Below, in pieces: positions 38,075 to 51,588 of a DNA stretch of 64,000 nt (its first letter is position 1; every line of letters starts with the position of its first letter). The notes below the pieces were generated by a model. The model did not search any database. It saw only the letters and a program-made list of their open reading frames with translations, and was not told the DNA's origin. Source of the DNA: Gonapodya sp. JEL0774 (Eukaryota); assembly GCA_027604505.1 (NCBI GenBank), contig JADIIX010000041.1, positions 1 through 64,000 on the forward strand, given 5' to 3'. The translations under genes and the position numbers were made by a program.

Positions 38075-40159
38075 ATGACATCAGCGCTGCCCCCCAATGG
38101 AGTGCAAGGGCCAAGTGCCAGCGCACCGGCAACGTCCATGTGAGTCCCAATCTCACACTCTTTCCCCACATTTCTCGCATTCGCCCCCAATCCCCAATCA
38201 CACGCAAGAGCGAACCCACTCAGCCCATAAGACCATTCCCTGGGCTGAGTTTCCCACGCTCCAATCTCACCAGATGGCGTCATCGTCCATTGGTCGTGGT
38301 AGTGTGGCCGGTGTCACTTGGTGATCGGGACGCTGGCAGGTTGTGCACAAATGCACCACACTCGGGACTAGGAACGCCTGTTCGCGGCCACTGAAACACA
38401 AAAAATAGACCAAGAGACCAACAAACGAACAAACAAACAGGGCAAGCACCTGGGGCCCCTGGGACGTCAAAGTCCTGATCCCCACCCCCTAAACGAACCC
38501 GCCACCCCACACACCCCGTTCCCACCACTGACCTGATACACCCTCTGCCCCCCCGCCCCCCCCCGAGGCCCCGGGGGGCCCCCCCGGCGAGGCCCCGCCC
38601 CGGGCCCGCGCCCGCCCGCCCCCCCCCCGGGCGGGGGGGGGGCGNNNNNNNNNNCTCTTCCCCCGGGCCCACTCCCCCTACACACCCCTACCCAGCCCCC
38701 CTCCCACCACCACCCCCGCCCCCCCCCCACCCCCCCCCTACCACATACCACCCATCCCCGTCGACTCCGACTCGGACCACGACGACTTTGGCGTCCGCGC
38801 GTACCGCCCCTTCAATAGGGGGAACAAGCTCAAGCCCACCTGTGTCGAGACCAACCAGCCCATGGACAGGCCCATACTCTGGACCAGTAGGTTGGATCAG
38901 ACCCTCGAGGTGTGTTGCCGGTGGGCCGGTGGGTGAGGGCGGCCGTCGGCGAGTCGGCGAGTCGGCGAGCGCATGTGCGAGGCGGGAGTGAGATGGTGCG
39001 GGCGAAGAGGAAACGCGGTCGCAGTGGGGTTGAAGGCCCATATGGACCAATTGAAATCCACCCGAGGCAATTAACACTTTTAAGAGGAGACTGTTGGTCG
39101 GGACCGAGTAAGGGGATGGTATGGGACGGGACGGTCTGGGATGAGATGGGGTGGGATGGGGTGGGAGGAGGCGGGACCGGATCCGACCGGGTGGAAGGAA
39201 ATGGTACTGGATGGTAGGATGGGAAAGGATGGCATGGGGCAACGATGGTTCCATGTTGCCTGGACAACCTCGATCTCACCTAAACCCTCTCCATCCCGCC
39301 TGTATCCCCCTACTCTGTCTCCCTCTTGGACACCTTTCCCCCCCCTCCTCCCCGCGCCCCCACTCCAGTACCGCACCGTCGACAAACGCCGCCGGGCCCT
39401 CGTCGGCCGCCGCACCCGCGGGGACGGGCACCCCTTCGACGACTCGGACCCGTACGCCGACATCGACTTCGACTCGACCTGGTCTGTCCCCGAGTCCCCC
39501 GAGGACGTCAAGAGCCACCCGGCCGTGGTCGCCGCGCTCAGAGACAGGACGCTCCGCGTGTTGGCGGACGCGGCGATGGATATGATCGAGGAGGAGCACA
39601 GGAGGGTCGTGGAGGTGGCCAGGTTGGCCGATATGTTGCAGGAGGAGGTCGAAGGGGGGTGGGGCGTGGTGGGGGGGAAGGCCGGTGCGGGGGGGGACAG
39701 GGTGGGGGTGGGCATGGGCCCGGACCTTGACCTCGACCCCGACGGCGACCCCGACGCCGACGGCGGTGACGGTATCGGTGACCCCCGCGCAGAGGCGGCC
39801 CCAGGCCTCTTCGAGGGTGTGCCCAAGGAGCTGCTCGCCAACGTGACGGAACTCTTGCTCGTGAGTCGTTGCTCGGCGCGCCATGCTTCTTCCCTCAATG
39901 CAACCCAAACCCTCCTTTCCCGCATGCGCCCCCCCCCCCCCCCCCAACCAAGGCCCACCTCACCACCTCCCGCGCCTTCCTGTCCCGCATCTCCGCCACC
40001 CGGGACCACATCCTGCAAGCCCACGAGCGGAAAAAGGACGTAGCGAGGGTGCTGTGTCCGTTTCCAGAGGGGGGGAGGAGGGACAGGGACAGGGAGGGGG
40101 ACAGGGAGAAGGATAGAGAGGGCGGGGGAAGGGGCGGGAAGGGGGGGAGGAGGTTGTAG
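38075..40159 (+). CDS. RXT2: Rpd3L histone deacetylase complex subunit Rxt2-like (contains an assembly gap)
   Basis: NRGNKLK motif; DPYADIDF..W..PESPEDVKSHP...LRVLADAAMDMIEEEHR...LADML. Start and some exons approximate. Confidence 0.7.
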
Positions 40160-41048
40160 TAGGGAGATGGGGTGAGATGGGCGGGGGTTGGCTGGGGGCA
40201 GGGTCTACGCGGAGTTGTGGAGAGATATCTTCCTTGTTTTTGTACATAGATAGAAAGAGTACCCTGCAAAGAACTTCTGATTTCTTTTTCTTCTTTTGTT
40301 ATCTTTGGCTTTCTTCTTGTTGGTGGTGGTGGTGTCGAGGGGTCGTTGGACGCGTGTGCGAAACAAGTTCACGTCCTTTACTTCCCCAGCGTCTAGCGAT
40401 CTCCCTCGCCGCGCCTCTCCCCCCGCACCCTCCCCCACCCACGTCTCACACCACCATCCCACGGAGGCGTTGCACGTGGACACCACAGAAGTCGCCGTCC
40501 TTCCTCGTACAGAACACGCTCGGTGAACGGTGACCGCACGTTACGGCGTTCTTGGCGTGGGGGTGNNNNNNNNNNGGAGAGAGAAAAAACCGTTATGACC
40601 AGCACTGGTGGACTGTCGATGAGGAGTGTGCGAGTGGTGGTGGTGGTTGGGGGTTGGAGTTGGGGTGTGAACGGGACGAGACATCCTTTGTCGGTTCGAA
40701 TTTGCGATCTACGTGTCGATATGCATAGATGTAGAGACGACCAAGTACAATGCAAAAGCAGAATCAATCCCTCCCGTAGGGGTATCGCGTCCAGTCTGGA
40801 CAGAGTCCGTTCGATACACGCGCCACCGTCCACTTCGGAGCACACCGCGGGGTGTCGGGGGTGACACACCAGACAGCACAGGTCAACCACCACCAAGACA
40901 TCGTCCACAGATCTGCGTAGCAGCCGAGAGACAGAGCGTTCAGCGGGGTGGGTCTGGGACACGGCGTCGGTACCGTGCGCACGGATACACGCCGGCCATG
41001 ACCTTCAGTGGCTCCAACAGCATGCCAGGACCCGCATCAATCACTCTC

Positions 41049-41862
41049 TCATCGCAACCCCCGTTTTCCCTTTCCACCCGCCTCTGCCGCCGCCACCGCC
41101 GCCGCCGCCGCCTCCTTCCTCTGCTTCAACATCCTATACGCCGCCACCGCCTCATTCCTCGCCTCCTCCACCCTCGCGGAGTCCCTTCCCGCCGCCACGG
41201 TAGAATTCCGATCCGATCCCGAGAGCATGGACCCGGCAATGGTCGGGCGGACACCAGAGGAGCTCTTGGTGGGGGCTTTCCGTAGCGTGGGGAGTGTGGG
41301 AGGGGCTTGGACGACTTCGCCAAAGGGGATGTGCTCGATGGTACGGAGGGGGGCGGGAGGGTGAGGGCGGGAGGGTTTTGGCGGCGGGTTGGAAGGGCTG
41401 AACATGCCGGGCGAGGTGAAGACGTTTGAGGGAAACGTAGACACGACCACGCAACACTATGTATGCAATCACTCACGAAACGGAATCATCATCCTTGCTC
41501 GAATTCTTCCGTCTCCGTTTGTTGGATCGCGAGTCTGTCTTCGCGTCGGCCTTCCCGCCGATCTCAAGATTCCCGTCGTCATCTCTTCGCCTCTTTCTCT
41601 CCTTCTTGTGCTCCTTCGCCGCTACCGATTCCTTCGAATCACCACCGTCCTTATCTTTTGACTTTGGGATTTTAGGTTGGTTTCCAGTTTCCATCAGTCG
41701 CTTGAGCCGCGCGAATGCTTTCGGTGTGTCGTTCGACAGCGTCTTGTGATCATCACCTGCGGGTGGACGATTCCCATGTTTTCGCTCGGTTTTGGCTTTT
41801 CGGGCGACAGAGGGGGAGACTCCTGGAGCGGCGGATTTGCCTGGACGCAGAGGGTGTCGCAT
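41049..41862 (-). CDS. CCDC137-like basic nucleolar protein
   Basis: DTPKAFARL and PFGEVVQAPPTL...EEARNEAVAAYRMLKQRK motifs; Lys/Arg rich. Confidence 0.65.
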
Positions 41863-41989
41863 TATTGTTTTGAATACGTAGTCGCGCGAAGCATCACTTG
41901 CAATTCACCCAAGGCGAGTCAGAAGACAGTGCTAGAACCAAATACAAATAGCTAAACAAATCATGGTACATAGAGTATGAGGAGGAACC

Positions 41990-44900
41990 TCACGAGGTAT
42001 TGAATGCGAGTTTATCGTGACAACGAGAAATGAGCTGGGGGATGACGCTACCGGGACACATCAGCATCAGCAAGAGTAAACAAAGTGAATTGACAGTGTT
42101 AGTCATGGTGTGAAGCGAGGCACGGAGAAAGCATGAAGCGAACCTGGGATCTCCAAGAGTGGAAACGTCACCCAGTTTGAGCATGTCGGGTTCCGAAGAC
42201 GTTTTGACTTGACCACTTGCAATCTATGTAAAAAAAAATAATAATAATAAATAAAAAGAAAATAGAATTTTGAGGAACCCTTAGTGACTTCTCAAATGGA
42301 TTTGAACCCACCAATCGTAGCAAGCGCCTGAGAATCTTTCCGCTTCGGGTCTTGGGAAGCTATGGAAATGACAACGATAATTTACACACGGGAAAATTTT
42401 CAATTGTAATAACAAAGATAGTAAAAACTGGTCGTACCTCGGCTGCAATCACAATTCTCTGAAATGAGACGGTCAGAACAATCCTCGAACTTGCCACATA
42501 GGAACTATTACCCACCTTTGGTGTTGCAAAAGGCCCTATCGCGATCTTGACTGTTTCAATTGAGGCTCGTAAATGATACTCACCGAACACTCTTGGGGCA
42601 GATTCGCGATCTAAACTTACCCTGATTACTCAAAGCCTGTACAATCCTCCTTGACAACATTGCGTCACTGGAGCTACCATGCCTGCTGCTTTCCAAAAGA
42701 TCTCGGCTCGTGAGTGCCGCAACCGGCGCGGTGGGTTGTTCGCGTAATGTGACGAAACAGAACACTGCTTGGCCTGTAAGAGTACAACTCAGATATACTT
42801 TGTGGGATGGGAGGGTTACTTGTTTGCGAAACTTGACACACCTGTTACGTCATCTGCACAGAGTAATGTGTCAATTAGATCCATTGAATACGACCATCAA
42901 CGGTAGACACGCTCACCTGGAACACCTGGGTTACACAATTTTGAACCATCAACCTCGGAAGTAAACCTTGTACCAACTTTACGATACACCCCCACAGCAG
43001 TTACCGACACCAACTTACCGACAACAGCTGCTTCTGCACACAACGGAAACATCAACAAAGCGGATTCTACCTCCTGTGTGGAGAGTCGATGCCCAGAAAC
43101 ATTGATAATGTCTGTCCACAGGTCGGATTAGGTATTACCAGATGCCCTCAGACTAGCAAGCTTTTCTCGTACCATCGAGGCGCCCTCGTATCCAGTAGAA
43201 TCCATCCATATCACGGGTCGCACCGTCCCCAGTGAAGTAGTATCCAGTGAATGGTCTCATGTACGTTGAGATGTATCGAGAATGGTTCGAATGAACTAAA
43301 ACGAGTTCCGTGAAATTAATCGCAACCATGTTCGACAGCGAGCAACAGAACCCACGGGTTCGGGCAATGGATGGCCACGGTGCCTTGATACACAAAACTC
43401 CAGTGACATCGTTTCCGGCTAGCTCCTTCCCAGTGAGTGGGTCCACCACTGTGACCATTCGTTAGATGACGCAGCCATATATCGGAGATTGTGGGTGCAA
43501 CATACCAGCAGGAGCAACACCGAAAAACGGTAATGTCGCCGAGCCAGGTTTTGTGGCCGTCAAAGACGCAAAAGGCGCAATCAGGATAGAGCTGACAAGG
43601 TATTCGAAAAATGCTCGAAACATATCCAAAACAGCCTCATCGAAGATATGACGCGAATCTTACCCCTACATGAGAAAAACCACTACCGTTATAGTCGCGA
43701 CCGATACTCACAAACGAATAACACTCACGGATTCTGTTTGCCAATAGGCATCTCTAATTTAGAGTGGCCTGAATCGATGAACACACCATCACCGAGGAGA
43801 GTGACCATTACTCACAATACTGAGCATTTCTCCTTTCCAATTTGCTTGTGGAGCCAATTCCACGCATCTGGTCCAATGGGTTCCCCTGCGTTCACATCGA
43901 GGAACTTCTTCCGTCACTTAGCTAAATTCAGACGTGCATTTCATCATACCCGTCGTTCCAATAACCCGCAGAGAGCTCAGGTCGTAAGGCTCAATGTGCT
44001 GGTCTCCAAGACGCCTCAGCGCTCGTATTGTGGTGGGTGCAACAAGAAAGTGAGAAATGCGATGAGTTTGAATAATCTACACACGGAGCATTTAGAATGA
44101 CCAGCGGGTGTCTCAATAATCGCGGTGACGTTTGCAAACCTGCCAATATCGGGATGGAGAAGGGTAGGTTGGGACTGATTCAAAAATTACACTTGTTCCA
44201 CCAAGCCCAAGTGGTCCTGCAACAGGCAATGAACAAACATACTCCGCATTGGTGTAGGTGTCAACTTCAAAGAACCATGAACCCACCATAGACGATGTAG
44301 GAGGAGCCGGTGATCCAACCAAGATCTACCATGCAGCCCAAGACATCGACCTCCGCATGATAATCAAAGACATACTTCAAGGTCGTCATGCAAGCAAGTA
44401 AGTATCCTCCTGATGTGTGGAGAAGGCCCTTTGGAATGCCAGAGCTGAGACAGCGAGTATGAGCAGAGAAAAGGCGACGTACAGCTGAGCGTTTTCACTT
44501 CGCGCACCTTCCACTTGTGTACACTTCACTCCCACGGTTCACCAGAAGCATAAGCGATGCCAAGGGATCAATCACAAATGATACCACTCACGTAAGAAAA
44601 GTGGGTCTTCTGCTGAGAGCCACTCGCAAGGGCAATATGGTCTTTGCTTCGCGATTTCTTCGTGCCACCATTTATCTCGAGTTGGATGGAAAGGGATGTT
44701 GAACTCTCCCGTTCGCTGGAAAACAATGACGTTCTCTACTGATCGACATTCAAGGAGGGCTAAAGTCCAAGATGAAATGCAAGCGACGGTTTCACAATCT
44801 GCACAAATCAACCGACCTTCGTCAACAAGGCGCTTTGTGTGTATTGTCTTTCCACCTCTCCGACCTTGGTCTACCAGTATTCGAAACGTAGGACTATAAG

Positions 44901-46301
44901 TACACGATAGATCGATCTGATCCGAAAATATCATCAACTAACCTGCTGTTATCACCAGTCGGCATTTGGCATCATTGATTCTCTCTCTCAAAGCTTCTGC
45001 CGAAAATCCCGCGAAGACAATACTAGCAGAGTTGTAGAAGTAACGATAGCCAATATTGATAGAACGATTCCTATCAAATTACTCTCTGTCACGCCTAACT
45101 TCGAGGATCGAACCTGTGGATAGCACCTATCCTCGCACAAGCTGGCAGCAAAGCGGGAAAAAAATAGAGTTCATGCATCTCATGGGAGTATGTCGTAGCT
45201 ACTGGATACCTTACCCAACATGGAGTACACAAGTTCTGGGACCATCGGAAGGTAGATTGCCACGACGTCCCCTTTCCTCACACCAAACGCCTTGAGTACA
45301 TTGGCGACAAGGCATACTTGCTTCAGGAGCTCCGCATAAGAGATTTGAATGTGCTGCCCAGGTTCGTCACTAATGTCCACCACCGCCATTCAACGCTCCT
45401 GCTGTTTCAACGCTACTACCTTTCATGATTACATACCTCTCCCAAATTAACGCAGTCTGCCAAGAAGCAAGGTCAGTTACATAGAGTCGCCAGAGAATCA
45501 GTCTTTGTTCACCTTGGTTGGCGTTTTCACGGCATATCGATCTACACAGTTATATGAAACATTCAGATACCCGTCTGGAAACCAAGCTATGTCACCATCA
45601 CGACTAGCAAAGTTCGATTTGGAATCATCGACGCGTGTCATGGAGAACTAGTTAATGCCGAACTCACAATCCCCTGATCGAGCAGTTGAGTAAAGTGAGT
45701 ATTCAGACACATGTCCACATAAACAAACGTAAACAAACCAACCCAGAGCACACTATATTAAACTCTGAGGGACCATATCAGGGCATACGAATGGTCTTCT
45801 GAATGACGGGCATGACTCTCACCTCTGAACCAATGCAGTTCGTTCTTCCCGATCTAAGACAAGCAATTCATTCAATCCGCATAGCACATGGACTTTTGCG
45901 ATGGTTCTTGGGCTTACTTGTGCCCAAAAATCTCGAGGATTCGTGATGCTGTGAGTGGTGTATTCAACGAATGCTGCAGATAGATCTCTGCAATTTACAT
46001 CCTGCAGCGCATCAACAAACCTTTCTTCCCACATCGAACGATATTCATCGAGGGTCTTGATGAACAGTGGGGGTGCATTCGCATTGCGTGGTGGAGGTGG
46101 ACGTGGTGGAGGGTTCTTATCCAGAGGTACAAAGAGGGAGGGATCAAATTCGTTCAGTTCCGCGGAGCTTCCCTTCGAAAGCATCATGCTGATGCGCAAT
46201 GTATGAATGCTGTACGGAGACAGAGAGAAACGTCTCCCAATGATCTGCCGACGGCAGTTCCCCTGGCACAACCACCGAAGTATTATATATTTGTGTACCA
46301 T
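41990..46301 (-). CDS. ACS: Acetyl-CoA synthetase (AMP-forming), very intron-rich; possible mitochondrial presequence
   Basis: [90 protein letters not shown]-terminal 40 residues are Arg-rich and free of acidic residues. Confidence 0.95.
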
Positions 46302-46335
46302 TTGCAAACAAATTGGAGCAAATACTCATCCTATG

Positions 46336-49300
46336 CTATCCTGGATTTTGCGTGAGAGTTACACGATACCGAATGTAGCGACCAGTGAGGACGCTTGTAA
46401 TGTTCGAAAAACAAACGTGGTAAACCCCACGTTTGCTGCCCTGGTAGCTTCCGGATATGGACTTATCCTTTCCGGCGTTTGATTTTACCATGGGTATTAC
46501 TTGAAGCAGGTGAGCGCTCAAGTTCGGTCGCGTGGCAGGGTCGGCAAGTTGGGGCAGGGGATCATGGGGATCATGACTCCTACTACCCTCATTCACCGCA
46601 GCAGGGGCAAACTGGACTCCGAAGGTGACATCAAGGCCACCTGATATGTTCGCATGACGGTGGCTGAGATCAGGTATAGCCACTAAGAGGATGCAATTAT
46701 TTCTTTCACCTGTTCCAAAGTCCCATGACAGTACCGATGTCGACTCCCGGGTTTGAATCATTGGTATATGCCACGACGATTTGGCAGAGAGAAAGATAGT
46801 ACCTTCGAGAACCTGCTGGCTAGAATTGGAAGGCACGAGATTGAACTTGTGATAGAGTGATTTCGGAGTCCGCTTGCCGGCGAAGGAATTTTCAAAGGAT
46901 ATGGCTAGAATTGAACCGGAGAGATTGGGGAGGGGAATCTGCACCTTCATGGGAGAATCTGTTCCCATGATAGTGATTGTGGGGAAAATGGTTTTCAGTC
47001 CGTCGGGTGTTGCAGAAAGAAGATTCCAAGGTGGGGCGTGTGTACGTGGGAGAAGCACGATTCCACAAGAAACTAAAGAATCCGAGCTCATGCATCATGC
47101 CTGACAAGGGAATCCCTCTCTCCACTTACCGCCTTCATTCGGTTTGAGAAAACCTGCGTATTCGGGAAGGGTGAGAACCTCTGTTTGTCGCCAGGAAATA
47201 CAGTGGAGGCCAATCACGAACATTCCAACTGAAGCATTTCGTCATCTCTCTCCACGACAAAATCGAAACTCGCGCTTTGCCTCCACGAGATCACTTTTTC
47301 AGAGTATGTCTCGTACTTCTTGTCGACTTGCGGTGGGGCTGCACCTTGATCTGAGGTTGGACTTGGCGCGTCGCTGCTGGAACCTGACTCTGCAGGGCTC
47401 GCGCTTCCAGCGCTACGTACAGACCGGCCCGCTGATGCTGCTGTACTGTAGAGCCAGCTGCCAGTCCTAGACGTCATCAGCTTCTGTTTGGTCCACCCTA
47501 TTCCGGCTTTCAGTCGTTCTACGTTTCGAGTGCCCTCAGAGCCCTCCGGTTTAGGAGTGCTAGGCTTCACTAGTTCACCGGGAACAGTATCTTCAGTTAT
47601 GTACGCATTTACGTCCTGGATCAAGTCCCGAACGGCACTAGTGCGGACCATTTTCAACGGTTAAATTACGTATAAGCCAGATATACGGTTTTGAAACATT
47701 TGTCTCACCGGGCTGATTCAAATGATACTTCGGCGCGTGCGAGCGCTTTCGAAGAAAATTGCGAAAGGCATGTTACGCGGGTTGTACTTGGCTGACCTGG
47801 CACGCCTTCCAGAAGATATCCCAGCAAGTGAACGGAGAAAGGACCGTCGTCCACAAGAGATGTTGCCCTGAGACTCCGCCGATTTGCCGTTGACAAAGGT
47901 TGCATTTGAGAGTCAAGGGATCCAACAGAGGGGACCGAAGCGGCCACTTTTGCATGAACAAGGCCATGCGCGTGTACCATTGGTGACATTGACGAAGGAA
48001 CTTCAACTGAGAGTTCAGATCCGGTAGAATCTCGGGTACCTGGGGCCATGATAGATCTCGAAGGATCCAGTGCAAACGCTAGGGCCTCGATTTCTGCAGT
48101 ATTAAACGCGGCGTCTGAGTGTAAATGTGGGCTTGCCAATCCACTCTCATCGAGGACATCTTCGTTAAGAGACTCTTCGTCGGAAGAAGCTGACGATTCA
48201 CGTCTGGAGAGATCCGGAAACAACTTTGTAGGATCCACGTCAAGCACTTCGCTTGATGTATCCGGTGTCACTGCGGGGCTATCCAAAACGTCCTCTGGAA
48301 TTGGTGCAGAGTCGACGGTCGTTGGGGACACTCGCCCAGAGTGCGTCCACCTTACCGATCTGAAGATGCATGCTAAGAACGCACCACCGACGGGTTGGCA
48401 ACAGGCAGGGCTCACCGGTACACGATAATATATCCAAGCCCGTCTGGAGACGCCATCTCCGCTTGGTCTTCCACTGGCGCCACCGTACCTTCCAACCTTA
48501 TTTTCCCGCAAAGCTCAAGAACTGTGACTGTTTTGGGAACCGAGCCTTTCTTTCTCTCCAAAAATGCAAGGGTCCGAACTCGCTGGGTGGATTTGAAGGA
48601 GTGGATGTCCGTCGATGTCTGTGTAATGTTTGAATCGTTGGAACGGCATCCACAGTTATAGCAATAAGCCTTATATTGAATGACGTTTCTTGGAGCGCAC
48701 TCACAACAGACAAATCGTACGCGTAACGAAAATGCTCGGGCTGGCTCAATATTTTGAGGGCCGCAGCTGGTGGCAGACTTGCGTGGAAGGTAGATCTTGC
48801 AAACTCTGATATTCCAACAAGAGAAGATCGCTGTCCTCTTGCTGGTGGAACCTGCACCCTCTTCTTCTCAAATGTGATTCCATCTTTCTGTCTCGCTGAA
48901 CGCCAGCTCTCAGGCGATGTGGTGCCACTTGGCTCTTTGGCCAGACGAACAAAGGTGTGGGCAAGACGGCGTTCCAAATCAACGAGCATCCCACCAGCGC
49001 CAGGGTCAAGTTGCTGATCCACAGAAAACGTGCAGTCTTCAAGAACGTCGGGGACCGACGTTTTGGTGAGGCGAGAATGGGTGCTCATGGATGAGGAGAT
49101 GTCGAGTCCGAGTGGAGGGAATGGGCGAGAAGTATATTCGCCAGATGACCAAACACTTGCGACCGACTTTCCATCCCGAGACTCCTTGTGAACTCCCATT
49201 AGAAGGGGGAAATCTTCGGGGCTAAATTTTGATAAGAAAGCTCTTGAAATCAAGCTGAGTTTGTTATCAGAAGCAGGGAGGCTCACTCCATGGGTTTGCG

Positions 49301-50451
49301 ACTTATGAGAGGTTGCTCTAGGTCCCTCCAAGCCGGATAAACGCTTGAGGGTACGAGCAGGGTAGCGATGTGTCAAGAAAATAATCTTCGCAAACAGTAG
49401 CTACTCACCAGAAATCTCGAAACATTTGATGGACGGCGACTTTGAGGAACTTTGCGACGGCGTTTTTCAGAATATCCTTTTCGCCCAAGAAAATACTCGA
49501 CTGGACATCAAAATTAGCCACGGTGTCTTCGGTGAAGGAGATTGCCTGGTGGATTGCATCCCGACCAGGAAGTTTCAAAAGAGCCTGCAATTGTGGGTTA
49601 GGGTGAAAGTGTGAAAACAAGTCTGCAAGTCCGTTAATGGCCAACCTTGCCCTTAAGCTCTAATATTTTCACAACAACAGGGATAGCGATACCTCCAGGG
49701 ACAAGAACTTCCACACCAAAGCTCGCGCCCCCATTGTACGTGACCTGAAGTTCCAGAACACACTCCAGATGTGACGAAAATTGTTTCATTATTCTCGCTC
49801 TGCAAATAGGGAGTGAATTCTGTCAAGGATTTGAGTGGCCTGGCCTCAAGCATCGTAGGTGCTCACGTGTGGAAGATAGGGACATTATCGCCGAACTTAA
49901 ACTCGGTGATGGTCAATCCTTGGAGCATGCTCCATGTTTCCAGCTTTGGTGCAATGAGGCGGAGGAGCTTCAGACTAATGAAGTGAGCTTCAATTGACTC
50001 CCAGTCATAAAATTACTTCAGAGACTCTTTGTCGATACCTCATTCGTGTCCGGAACAATGCGGACCTCCGAAGCTCCAGAAACCACCTGTGTATCCAGAC
50101 ATTAATCCAAAAGCAGCTTTCTCGATCGGAAGCGTCGAGCTCTCCTCTAATATTCATGTTGAGTGAGATTAGATTGTGTCCATCAGAAAGCTCTGCTCAC
50201 TTTGCAACTTTTGAAACGTCTGACGGCGAGCAGGCATGCATGAGGAACGCTCGGATCGCTTCCGGACACTCCGCCCCCTCGGACTCATCCGTGATCGTCT
50301 CTATCTTTGGTTGGTTATCCTTTGGTGGCGACAACAGATTGCGAAGGAGCAGGAATTGCACCAACAAGGTCACGAGTACACCCAGGTAAAATCCGCGTAG
50401 AATCCACCACACGTTCGTAGCCACGGTGTCCAACGCGGCGCCCAGAAGCAT
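46336..50451 (-). CDS. Large putative lipid-transfer protein: N-terminal TM + SMP-like domain, START-like domain, GOLD-like domains
   Basis: GFYLGVLVTLLVQFLLL TM; ESCFWINVWIHRWFLELRRS...ITEFKFGDNVPIF...VTYNGGASFGVE (SMP/MMM1-type); WRSARQKDGITFEKK...AALKIL (START-type); LSWDF...DVTFGV...GVYHVCFSN (GOLD-type). Confidence 0.65.
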
Positions 50452-50731
50452 TTCGTAAGGGAATTGGCGGAGTGCGAGTGGGGTGGAACTCTTGCTGAGA
50501 GGCCACAGCTCAACCACAGATCAGCAGGATTCATTCAACTACCTGTGCCCATTGTTCAACTGACAGCCCCCCTCAGCTCCCCCGTCGGCCCCCGCTTCGC
50601 CTCCACCCTTTGCCTGCCCCCTCGCCCCCTCGCCCCCCCGGCTCTCGCCCCCTCCCCACCCTCCCGCTGGATACTTAATCACATGTAAAGACTTCCCTTT
50701 CTGAAGATTGGAGGTCAGAACCTGACTTCTA

Positions 50732-51384
50732 ATGGTGCGTACTGCTTTTGCGACATTCCAGGAGCTCAAAGCGTGCTGCGCCTGATGACAGCAAGAAGAA
50801 AGCGAAACGGGTGGGAATCACTTGCTGTGTGTCCATAGCGCGCACTCTCAAGAAGCACCAATCTCGCCAATATCCTAGTCAAAAAATGAAGACCTTGGTT
50901 TGGATGACCCAGAGCCGGGATCGGTGACTCCACTAGATATGGCAGCCGTCTCGAAGCCGTTCAAAAATCCGGAGTACGAAGGGCCTAAGAAGTTCAAGAA
51001 CCTGAAGCAGATTCTTGCAGCCGAGAAGTTGCTGGATGTCCCTGTTGATGCCGCAACATGTGGGTGTTCTTGCACCACCTTTCGAACTCCAAGCATTAAC
51101 AATGCCAACTTGGACCAGACTCAAATATTCAAAGCGCTCCAACGCTTCTACCTGTACGAAAGTACTGTGATATTACAGGCCTGGAGGCCAAGGTGAGAGC
51201 CAGACATCCGCAACAATGTTTAAACGGTCATGAGCTGACTAATACTGCTATTACTTGGAAGTACACAGACCCGAAAACCGGCCTTCGGTACCATTCAGCA
51301 GAGATATATCTCTGGATTTCTCGCTTACAGTTGTATCAGGTACAGAAGTACCTTGCGTTGCGGGGTGCCGCAGTTAGGATTTGA
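50732..51384 (+). CDS. IES6: INO80 complex subunit Ies6 / INO80C (YL1-C domain)
   Basis: KPFKNP...KNLKQIL...APTLLPVRKYCDITGLEAK|YTDPKTGLRYH...VQKYLALRGA. Confidence 0.93.
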
Positions 51385-51588
51385 AATGAGTTTTTTACAT
51401 ACACTGCTCTACATGAAGCTGGGGAACTATTGTCTGCTGCCTGTCACATCTTATTGTGGTCCATTAAAGTTTGTAAACCTCAGCTCAGTGATTACGAAGA
51501 ATGTGCAGGCGTATGTTTTGGGACGCGTGAGAAGCACCTCGTCACCATTTCAACACATCCCTCTTGGGAAGCGAGTGTCTCTTCTGCA

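Noticed and set aside
40200..41040. ORF fragments between RXT2 and the CCDC137-like gene
   Set aside because: Interrupted by an assembly gap and no recognisable homology or consistent exon chain.
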